From Rhodothermales bacterium (GTDB lineage: Bacteria > Bacteroidota > Rhodothermia > Rhodothermales > VXPQ01), in contig JBBDTI010000030.1 in the NCBI GenBank assembly GCA_040904565.1, positions 22,448 through 50,283 of the forward strand: a stretch of 27,836 nucleotides of DNA, written 5' to 3'. The notes below the pieces were generated by a model, which saw only the letters and a program-made list of their open reading frames with translations, was not told the origin of the DNA and did not search any database. The translations under genes and the position numbers were made by a program. Of this stretch, positions 17,728 through 25,688 are shown piece after piece. How positions within the stretch are numbered: position 1 is the first letter of the stretch; each line of letters starts with the position of its first letter.

Positions 17728-18390
17728 ATGGGTGAAAAGAAATACAGCATATTCATCATCGACGACCATCCCCTCGTGCGATGCGGATACACGTATCTCA
17801 TTGAATATGAATCCAACTTGCAGGTTTGCGGAGAAGCCGGAAGTGTCGACGAGGCACTCATCAAGATACGCGCGTCGGTTCCAGATCTCGTTATTACGGA
17901 TATCTCACTAGCCGGAGCGACGGGTCTGGAACTCATCAAGTCTGTTTGTGCGGAGTGGCCATCCATGCCTGTCCTTGTCGTGTCCATGTACGAGGAGTCG
18001 GACTATGCGTGGCGTTCGTTCAAGATGGGCGCTCGCGGGTACGTCGTAAAGCGGGAAGGGACCGGGACGCTCATACACGCCATCAACACGCTGCTGAAAG
18101 GCGGGGTCCATCTGAGTGAGGACATGGCCCGTACGATCGTAACGGATTTTCAGCGCCCGTCAAATGGGAAAATGGTGGACCCGATCGATCGCCTCACGGA
18201 ACGGGAGATGGAGATCTTTCAGCAATGTGGGCAAGGCTTGACGGTTCAGGAGATCAGTGAGACACTGCACATCAGCACGAAGACGGTCGATACGCACCGA
18301 GCGAGTCTCCGGTCTAAGATGAACGCCTCGTCCAACGCGGAACTCGTTCGAATGGCCGTTCAGTGGGTGAGTCAGCGGAGGACGCGCTAG
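17728..18390 (+). CDS. NarL/FixJ family response regulator (REC + LuxR HTH)
   Basis: Motifs IIDDHPLVR, phosphoacceptor in VITDISL, VVSM, GARGYVVK and LTEREMEIF...ISTKTVDTHR. Confidence 0.95.
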   Translation: MGEKKYSIFIIDDHPLVRCGYTYLIEYESNLQVCGEAGSVDEALIKIRASVPDLVITDISLAGATGLELIKSVCAEWPSMPVLVVSMYEESDYAWRSFKMGARGYVVKREGTGTLIHAINTLLKGGVHLSEDMARTIVTDFQRPSNGKMVDPIDRLTEREMEIFQQCGQGLTVQEISETLHISTKTVDTHRASLRSKMNASSNAELVRMAVQWVSQRRTR

Positions 18391-18405
18391 CGTCCAGATG
18401 AACCG

Positions 18406-18436
18406 CGCGCCGGCCGCGCAAAGAGCCGCCGGCGCG
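18406..18436. terminator. GC-rich hairpin between convergent genes (possible terminator or stabiliser)
   Basis: CGCGCCGGC (18406-18414) pairs with GCCGGCGCG (18428-18436). The loop is 13 nt and there is no U-tract on either strand. Confidence 0.3.
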
Positions 18437-18516
18437 AGAAGAGAGGTGTCGGGCCCTCGGTACTACGTTTTCCATTCGCGTCCTCGTGCCACCTTTCGTC
18501 CCTACAGGGATTGCGG

Positions 18517-18894
18517 TCAATCGCGTCGAGCCGGAATGATCTCCGACCGTGTTGATGGAATGCCCGGGACGTCGTCCGGTGAAGGAAAGAGGGAAGAGAC
18601 GAATGCTTCCACCTGCGATGACGTGTCGGCCGGCAGCCTGTCGAGCAGCTCATAGAAGGTACGGTAAAACGCTTCCATCATTTGCGAGCCGACGTCTTCG
18701 GCAATGGACTCCTTGACGACCTGGCTAATCCCGATGGGCAGTGAATCGGGATCACGAACAAACTGCTCTATGACGGCATCGTTTACGTTCTGATCAGACG
18801 TACCAAAGAGGGCCTCCAGATTAAAGTCCGGGTGGGAACGCACGGCTGTCAACGACAACCCCGTATCTACACCAGCGATTCTGTCGGGCTTCAT
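18517..18894 (-). CDS. Hypothetical acidic protein (125 aa), possibly anti-sigma-domain-like
   Basis: Clean ATG..TGA ORF with helical, acidic composition, co-oriented 129 nt downstream of the sigma-like ORF. Confidence 0.7.
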   Translation of the reverse strand: MKPDRIAGVDTGLSLTAVRSHPDFNLEALFGTSDQNVNDAVIEQFVRDPDSLPIGISQVVKESIAEDVGSQMMEAFYRTFYELLDRLPADTSSQVEAFVSSLFPSPDDVPGIPSTRSEIIPARRD

Positions 18895-19023
18895 GGGCTG
18901 AGTTTTTGTTAAGATGATTCAGATCGCAATTCAAACGTATCATCCCGAGCCCGATCGCGGTGAGATACCCGTTAGTAAATGCGACGTGTCGAAACACAAT
19001 CTAGAGAATCGCCGAGAGTAAGG

Positions 19024-20091
19024 TCAGACATAGTCTCTCAAGCTGCCGAGCAATTCCGTCCTGGTAAGTTTCGTGAGGTATTCGACAATATTTCGATGTT
19101 CGTCCCTGTATTCATCTTTGGAAAGGCCGGACACCTGCTCCGACAGCGCGGCGTATAGAGAGTCCGTCCCCACATCGCGTAGATAGTTTCCGGTCAGAAC
19201 GGTTTCGACCGAGGCAAGATAGGCTTCAAACGTATCTTCGTCAACCTTTCCCGGACCCACGTAACTGGATCTTTTTTCCACCCGAATGCGATCCACGGCC
19301 CGTGCGATCGCGCGCTCCGTCTCGTCATCCGTGAATAGCTGCTCCGGCTCGTCTGTCATCAAGGCGGCTTCCGTTCTCTCGTAGGCGGCTCGCATGCACC
19401 TCGAAAACGAAATTATCGGATAGCCGGGGGCGTAGAATGGATGTGCGTGTGTGAAGGATATGAACAGGGTCGTAAGATCCCTCACTTGCGGATTCGACGC
19501 CAGCTTAGACCCGAAATACGACCCGAGAATTTCCGGAGGGGCGAGCGGGAGCTCCACGGCGCCCGGCCCCTTGTGCCGTTCGCAGCGCGCTCCGTCCTTT
19601 ACCAGTATCCACTTGCACCCTCGTACGGTGGTTAGCGCGAGCCCGTTGTTTATTCTAGTCCCATCTTTTACGTTTCGGATGATCCGCGAGAGATTACCGT
19701 CGGCCTCGTGATACCGGCGAAAGAGGTTCTCATTCACCTTACTGAAGACGAGCCGTCGCAACGCGACGGAGACTTCGGCACTGCTCTTCAGGTCAACGTC
19801 GGCATTCATGTTTAAGTACGTCCGCAGTACGGGAAAGCGCCCGTCGTCCGATCGTTCAAATAACTCTGCAATCGAATCCATCGCCAGATCCTCGACCGAT
19901 AGCCCGAATAGGGATACGTGGAGCGACCCGTAGTGCATCTTCTTGAGAATGTAGGCAATCGCGAGTTTGCGCGCCGCTTCGATGACGTACGCCGTCGTTG
20001 CCCTCTCGGGTGCGTCCGAGATGGCCGACTGCATGCATCTATGTAGTGACATCTTCTTGGACGACAATAATTTCCGTCTAACCCCTACCAT
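19024..20091 (-). CDS. Hypothetical protein (~340-355 aa) with weak sigma70 region-2- and region-4-like segments
   Basis: The protein-like part of ORF 19024..20391 begins near ATG 20091 (GAGG upstream) or ATG 20052. It contains VEDLAMDSIAELF, ALRRLVFSKVNENLFRRY and a C-terminal helical HTH-like tail. The coding call is firm; the function is tentative. Confidence 0.78.
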   Translation of the reverse strand: MVGVRRKLLSSKKMSLHRCMQSAISDAPERATTAYVIEAARKLAIAYILKKMHYGSLHVSLFGLSVEDLAMDSIAELFERSDDGRFPVLRTYLNMNADVDLKSSAEVSVALRRLVFSKVNENLFRRYHEADGNLSRIIRNVKDGTRINNGLALTTVRGCKWILVKDGARCERHKGPGAVELPLAPPEILGSYFGSKLASNPQVRDLTTLFISFTHAHPFYAPGYPIISFSRCMRAAYERTEAALMTDEPEQLFTDDETERAIARAVDRIRVEKRSSYVGPGKVDEDTFEAYLASVETVLTGNYLRDVGTDSLYAALSEQVSGLSKDEYRDEHRNIVEYLTKLTRTELLGSLRDYV

Positions 20092-20380
20092 GATCGCGCC
20101 TCGGTGTGGTGGATGTGTCCTGATCGCATCCCGGTGTAGGAATGCGTCAATGAAGGTAGGGGCGACGGTTCTCAGACTTAATCGGCGGACCACTGAATAG
20201 GGGCTTGATTTCTCCTGAAAATGCCTTGGCTGTGGACGACCTGCGAGGCGGATCTCACGTAGGTGCGGGTAGGTGAAAGCCTTAGGCATCGCCTCGACAG
20301 ACACAGGGTGTATGCTCGACCTGAAATGGATCGGTCGTCGACCTCGCGTAGCGGCAGCAACTACGTAGTGGCCCGGAATA

Positions 20381-21853
20381 TTAGTAGGCACCCGCAGAAG
20401 AGAGGACGGCGCCGGCGGTACGGAAGAGAATTACGGCATCCAGCCACGGCGACCAGTTACGGACGTAGTACGGATCGTACACTTCCATCCCCGAGCTGCC
20501 GCTGTCGCTGCGTCCGGAGACTTGCCAGAGGCCGGTAATGCCCGGCGTCACCCGCTCGCGAAGGGTCTGTACACGTTGATCGAGCACGTCGTGATGATAG
20601 GCCGGAAGCGGCCGCGGTCCGACGAGCGACATTTCGCCCCGAAGCACGTTGATTAACTGGGGTAGTTCGTCCAGACTGAATTTCCGCAAGAACTTCCCGA
20701 TGCGGGTGACTCTAGGGTCGTTCGGTAACTTGAAGTCGAGCTCCCATTTCTTTTTCAGTTCGGGATCGTTTTCAAGGGCCTGCTGCAGAATTACGTCTGC
20801 GTTAGGGTACATCGTTCGAAATTTGCACGCTGAGAACGAAGTTCGACGCCGGCCGATCCGGTTCTGGTAAAAGAACGGGGTAGATCGGTCTTCCAGCCAG
20901 ATCATGGCCGCGACCACCATGCAGAGTGGCGCCCAAAGGGGAAGTGTAAGGACGACGGCGCAGACGTCGAATGTCCGCTTTAGAATGCGGGCACCCGGAC
21001 TGCACAGGTTGCATCGGATTTCCAGGCCGAGCAAACCATTGATATCGCGGGGTTTCACCCACAGCGAGGGGGCGTCGAGTAAGTCGGGAATAACCAGTAC
21101 GGTGCGGTAGCTGGCAAGGGGGCCTTCAAGAAGGTCGATGGACCGCGCGCGGCCGAGGTTCGTCATGACAAGGACGGCGACGGGCGCCAGTGCGGGATCC
21201 GTGGAGGAGGTGCTGCCCAGCACCTTGAGGCCTGCGCATGTCGCGCCGCGCTCTCGTGTATCGTCGTAGATGCCAATCGGTGTATAGCCGAGTCCGCGCT
21301 CAGCGCCGAGAATTCTCACGATCGGACCCACGGAATCGCCATTGCCGTAGATGACGGCCGGTACCCCCCACTGTTCTCTGTGGATGAGAAGCTTCTTGGC
21401 GCCGATTCGAGACAGGGGAATCATTGCGGCACTGACGAAATAGGACACCGCAATGGAGACATAGCCTGCGAGGGCGTATTCTCCGGTCCCAAATGGAGAA
21501 GCAAACGCCGACGCCGCCAACGTGATGAGGTACGTGAGCGAAACGAGAATTGTGAGGCGCCGGAGTTCCTCGACGGGCCCTATGCCCCAGCTGGGTAAAA
21601 GGTTTAACAGGATCGCACCGCCGTACCAGCCGGGGAGAAGCAGCACGAACCACGTGGGCGAAACGGAGACATTTGTGACCCAGCCCGCCATGTAGGCGCT
21701 GAGCGTCGACGAGAGCGCCAGCGCCGTGAAATCGGCGAATCCCAGCGCGGCGATATTGAGCAATCGCCGCCGTAGGTATAGAGCCGATTGTTCGACATCA
21801 CCGGAGAGGGCCGGAGATAGGGCCGCCTGCAGCGCTCGTGAGCTAACTTCCAT
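20381..21853 (-). CDS. wbaP: Undecaprenyl-phosphate hexose-1-phosphate transferase (WbaP/WcaJ-type initiating transferase)
   Basis: N-terminal TM helices, a central Rossmann-like region, then KRTFD, KFRTM, DPRVTRIGKFLRKFSLDELPQLINVLRGEMSLVGPRP and PGITGLWQVSGRS. Sugar specificity cannot be determined from sequence. Confidence 0.93.
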   Translation of the reverse strand: MEVSSRALQAALSPALSGDVEQSALYLRRRLLNIAALGFADFTALALSSTLSAYMAGWVTNVSVSPTWFVLLLPGWYGGAILLNLLPSWGIGPVEELRRLTILVSLTYLITLAASAFASPFGTGEYALAGYVSIAVSYFVSAAMIPLSRIGAKKLLIHREQWGVPAVIYGNGDSVGPIVRILGAERGLGYTPIGIYDDTRERGATCAGLKVLGSTSSTDPALAPVAVLVMTNLGRARSIDLLEGPLASYRTVLVIPDLLDAPSLWVKPRDINGLLGLEIRCNLCSPGARILKRTFDVCAVVLTLPLWAPLCMVVAAMIWLEDRSTPFFYQNRIGRRRTSFSACKFRTMYPNADVILQQALENDPELKKKWELDFKLPNDPRVTRIGKFLRKFSLDELPQLINVLRGEMSLVGPRPLPAYHHDVLDQRVQTLRERVTPGITGLWQVSGRSDSGSSGMEVYDPYYVRNWSPWLDAVILFRTAGAVLSSAGAY

Positions 21854-21981
21854 ATATCCACTCGTCCTCTGTGCCGCGGCGATGCTTATACAGGGCATCG
21901 CCGCGGCTAGTTGATTCCTATGTGAATCACAACTCGAGGGACGTGTGGCGGAACGTCCAACTTAAAGTCGTTTCGGCTTCC

Positions 21982-23787
21982 CTAGACGACGGAAGCGACG
22001 GGCTTGGACGCGTCCGAGCGCTTCTGGACCGATGCTTCGCTTTTCTCGTCAACAGGGCGCTGGAGATAACCGAGGTCCAGCAGCGCAGCGATCACGCTAT
22101 TCGCACTCTCCTCGATCGTTTCCTCGTTGGTCCGGCACACTACGTCCGGTGTTGACGGCACTTCGTAGGGGTCGGATACACCCGTGAACTCCTTGATGAT
22201 GCCGGCTCGCGCTTTCGCATAGAGCCCCTTCACGTCACGGCTTTCGCAGACCTCGATGGGAGCATCTACGTACACTTCTACGTATCCGCCCAGGGCCGAG
22301 ATGAGTTCGCGGTTGGAGGTCCGGTCGGCTTCATACGGTGCGATAGGCGCACAAACCGCAGTGCCGGCATGGCGGGTGATCTCAGCGGCCACGAAGCCGA
22401 TGCGCCGAATGTTTGTCGACCTGCCCTCGCGAGTGAAATCGAGCCCCAGACTCAGGTTCGTACGAACGACGTCACCATCGAGCAGCGTGACCGGTTTCCC
22501 GGTGATCTCCATGATCTTATGCATCACCGCGTTCGCAATGGTGGACTTTCCGGAGCCCGAAAGTCCCGTAAAGAAGACGGTAAGGCCCTGCTGGTGACGC
22601 GGCGGAACGCTGTTTCGAAGTTCCGTTACGACCTCCGGGTAGGAATACCATTCCGGGATGGGCTCGCCGGTAGAAAGGCGGCGCCGCAACTCGCTTCCGG
22701 AAATGTTTATGAAGGTTTCGTCTTGCTCCTTTGCCTCGTCGATGGTCACGTACGCATCGAGCAGCGGCACGTAGACCATTGCGACGAAGGGGACCATGGC
22801 GATCTGAAGCTCTTTTTCGACCGAGCGAAGCAGATCCTGCGCCTCGTACGGACCGTAAAAGGGATTTCCGGCGCTGTCGCTGCCCGGACCGGCGTGGTCG
22901 CGGCCTACGATGAAATGTGTACAGCCGTAATTCTTGCGGATGATCGCGTGCCACACGGCTTCGCGCGGTCCGGCCATTCTCATCGCCAGAGGAAGCAGGC
23001 TCAACATCGCTGCGTCCTTCGGATAGTGCTTCATGAGGTGCTGATAGCACCGGACGCGGGTGAAATAGTCGATGTCGCCCGGTTTGGTCATACCCACCAC
23101 CGGATGAATAAGTACGTTGCCGCCTATAGCTTCAGCCGCACGATCCGTCAGCTCTTTGTGGGCCCGGTGCATCGGATTACGCGTCTGGAATGCCACGACG
23201 CGGTTCCAACCACGACTCGTAAAGATGTCTCGCATTTCCCTCGGCGTGTGACGGAGCGACCGAAAGTCGTACTGCGGCGGGAGCTGCAGACCGTGGATTT
23301 GGCCGCCGAGATACCGATTCCCCGAGGCGAGGAGATGCGCGACGCCCGGGTGTTCCGGATCTGTCGTCCCGAAGACGTGCTTCGACTCGCGCGTCTTGTC
23401 CGGTTCCCATGCATCCTCAACGTCCATGACGGCGAGGGCCAGGCCTGTCGTATCGCGCAGCACGACCTTCTGCGACGTACCGATTTGTTCTACGGTCCGC
23501 TCGTCGACGGCAAGCGTGATGGGGATCGGCCAGAGTACGCCGTTAGCCAGGCGCATGTCGGAGACCACTGTATCGTAGTCTTCACGCGTCATAAACCCGG
23601 TGAGCGGAGAAAAGCCGCCGTTTAGCAACATTTCGAGGTCGCACAATTGGAAATGATCGAGCGTAATAGACGGAAGCGTCTTCGCCTCTTCTTTCCAGTT
23701 GGCCATTTCGCCACGTCGGGGAAAAAGGTCGACCAGCGTGCCGCCGTGGGGAGCAATGAGTTCGATTGACTGCATAGGTACGTTCAT
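21982..23787 (-). CDS. sat: Bifunctional sulfate adenylyltransferase / adenylylsulfate kinase (Sat-CysC fusion, PAPS synthase)
   Basis: Sat domain: PHGG, NGGFSPL, VVAFQTRNPMHRAH, AGPREAVWHA, IVGRDHAG. APS kinase domain: FTGLSGSGKST, LLDGDVVR, RDVKGLY, FTGVSDPYE. Start 23787 or 23775; the longer upstream frame overlaps the permease. Confidence 0.96.
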   Translation of the reverse strand: MNVPMQSIELIAPHGGTLVDLFPRRGEMANWKEEAKTLPSITLDHFQLCDLEMLLNGGFSPLTGFMTREDYDTVVSDMRLANGVLWPIPITLAVDERTVEQIGTSQKVVLRDTTGLALAVMDVEDAWEPDKTRESKHVFGTTDPEHPGVAHLLASGNRYLGGQIHGLQLPPQYDFRSLRHTPREMRDIFTSRGWNRVVAFQTRNPMHRAHKELTDRAAEAIGGNVLIHPVVGMTKPGDIDYFTRVRCYQHLMKHYPKDAAMLSLLPLAMRMAGPREAVWHAIIRKNYGCTHFIVGRDHAGPGSDSAGNPFYGPYEAQDLLRSVEKELQIAMVPFVAMVYVPLLDAYVTIDEAKEQDETFINISGSELRRRLSTGEPIPEWYSYPEVVTELRNSVPPRHQQGLTVFFTGLSGSGKSTIANAVMHKIMEITGKPVTLLDGDVVRTNLSLGLDFTREGRSTNIRRIGFVAAEITRHAGTAVCAPIAPYEADRTSNRELISALGGYVEVYVDAPIEVCESRDVKGLYAKARAGIIKEFTGVSDPYEVPSTPDVVCRTNEETIEESANSVIAALLDLGYLQRPVDEKSEASVQKRSDASKPVASVV

Positions 23788-23834
23788 CGGGTAGGTATGT
23801 GGTGTAGATTGCGTGGGTACTGCGAGTAGGGCTC

Positions 23835-25610
23835 CTAGTGGAGCCAGACGAGGTAAATCGCCGATACTGCGACGAACATCACGATGATGGAGACCGGAAG
23901 GCCGGTCTTTACGTAGTCGGAAAACTTGTAGTGTCCGGCGGACATGACCATCATGTTGGTCTGGTAGCCGATGGGGGTCATAAAGCTGGCCGACGCGCCG
24001 ATGGCGACGGTTACTGCGATGGCTTCGATCGGCAGGGCGGTTTCGACGGAAGCGGCGAGACCGACCGAGAACATGATGGCTGCCGCCGCGCCGTTCGTGA
24101 CCAGTTCGGTCAGCACGTTGGTCATGAGATAGATGGCCGCAATAATGCCGATGGGTCCGAAAGCGGAAGCGTGGCCGAGGACCAGAGTGGCCGTAGCGCC
24201 TGCTACACCCGTGGAACTCAGCGCGTGGCCCAGTCCGAATGCCGACGCGATGACAATCAACACCTGAACGTTGACCGCCCTTCGGGCATGATCTGTCGAG
24301 ATGCATTTCGTGGCGATCATGGCCAGGGCCGCGGTGAACGTGGCGATCGTAAGCGGCAGCAGACCGGTCGCTACGGTGGTCACCATCAGGATCAGAATGC
24401 CCAGTGCCCACGGCGCCTTTTCGAGCTGCGGAACGTTTCGATACTTGCTTCGAGGGGCTACGAGATAAAACTCGTCGCGTCGCGCATTCCACCGTGCGGC
24501 GAATCCGTTTCGCGCCTCGATGAGGAGCAGGTCGCCCTCCCTTAGCGGCGTCCGGCCGATAGGTCCCGAAATGCGTTCGCTCTTTCGGTGGATCGCCAGA
24601 ACGACGCCGCCATAATGCTCGCGAAATTGGCTGTCTCGAAGCGACCTGCCGACGAGGGGTGACGTATCGGCGACCACCGCTTCGTAGAGAGGAAACGTCT
24701 GGAGTCCCCCGTTCTCGCCATTTGCGATGATTGACTCGAGGCCCCGGCGCTGAAGAAGAGGATCGAGGGAGGTTGCATCGCCGGTAAATGCGAGAATGTC
24801 ATCGGCTTCGAGAACGACCGCGGGCGTGACCTCAATGACGCGATGGTCGCGCCGCAGATGGACGAGGAATGCGTTCCCAAGCGACCGAAGTCCGGCTTCA
24901 TCGATCGTCTTCCCGACGAGGGCGGCATCGCGCTGCACCCGAAGTTCGAAGACGTACGTGCGCATCGTCTCTGGGTCGTTCATTTGCTCAATTCCGCGGC
25001 TAGGGAGTAGCCGATGGCCGACGAATCCGAGGTACAGTATGGCGAAGACGGCCACTGGAAGGCCGACTGCTGTGAGAGTAAACATGCCTAATGGGGGCAG
25101 CCCTTCGCTCACGAGAAGTCCTGATACGACAACGTTCGTCGACGTACCGACGAGAGTGACCGTGCCGCCGACGATCGTCGCATACGAAAGCGGTATAAGC
25201 ATCTTGGAGGGGGGAACGCCCATCTGTCGACACCAGGACTGTACCCTCGGTACCAGTATGGCGACGATCGGCGTATTGTTTAGAAACGCCGATGCGGGAG
25301 CGGAAACCACCGCAAGGCGGAAGACAGCTTTGGTAACGCTGCGCGAATTCGAGAAGATGACTCGGTCCAGCGCGGAGAGCAGATCTGTACGTTGAACCGC
25401 TTCCGCCACCACGAATAGCGATCCGATCACCCAGATGGCGCTGTTTGCGAATCCGGCGAACGCATCCTCGGGTGTGAGAACACCGGCCACGAGCAATGCG
25501 GCCAGTGCGGAGAGAAAGACGAGATCCGGCCGCGCCAGGTCTTTGGCGAGGGCCACGATCACCCCAATCAGAACCCCTACCGTTACAAAGGCCTGTACGT
25601 CGAGCGGCAT
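23835..25610 (-). CDS. SLC13/DASS-family permease with two TrkA-C (RCK_C) domains, probable Na+/sulfate transporter
   Basis: Motifs AFAGFAN, SAFLNNTPIVA, GGTVTLVGTSTN, two TrkA-C repeats (LVGKTI, LVGRSL), TELVTNGAAA and ASASFMTPIGYQTN. It lies directly upstream of sat-cysC. Confidence 0.92.
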   Translation of the reverse strand: MPLDVQAFVTVGVLIGVIVALAKDLARPDLVFLSALAALLVAGVLTPEDAFAGFANSAIWVIGSLFVVAEAVQRTDLLSALDRVIFSNSRSVTKAVFRLAVVSAPASAFLNNTPIVAILVPRVQSWCRQMGVPPSKMLIPLSYATIVGGTVTLVGTSTNVVVSGLLVSEGLPPLGMFTLTAVGLPVAVFAILYLGFVGHRLLPSRGIEQMNDPETMRTYVFELRVQRDAALVGKTIDEAGLRSLGNAFLVHLRRDHRVIEVTPAVVLEADDILAFTGDATSLDPLLQRRGLESIIANGENGGLQTFPLYEAVVADTSPLVGRSLRDSQFREHYGGVVLAIHRKSERISGPIGRTPLREGDLLLIEARNGFAARWNARRDEFYLVAPRSKYRNVPQLEKAPWALGILILMVTTVATGLLPLTIATFTAALAMIATKCISTDHARRAVNVQVLIVIASAFGLGHALSSTGVAGATATLVLGHASAFGPIGIIAAIYLMTNVLTELVTNGAAAAIMFSVGLAASVETALPIEAIAVTVAIGASASFMTPIGYQTNMMVMSAGHYKFSDYVKTGLPVSIIVMFVAVSAIYLVWLH

Positions 25611-25688
25611 TATTGAACAGCTAAAAGAGTGAATTCGAAAACATCTTGCGACGGGCAGGCGCAAAGACAGCGTCGTGCCTGCACCATG

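Noticed and set aside
20092-20391. 100-codon N-terminal extension of the sigma-like ORF overlapping the wbaP stop
   Set aside because: The composition is not protein-like (Arg/Pro/His-rich) and better starts exist at 20091 and 20052. It cannot be fully excluded.
23788-24492. 235-codon upstream extension of the sat ORF, suggesting a permease-Sat frameshift fusion
   Set aside because: It is an Arg/His-rich off-frame shadow of the intact permease gene. Sat homology starts at PHGG and no slippery site is evident.
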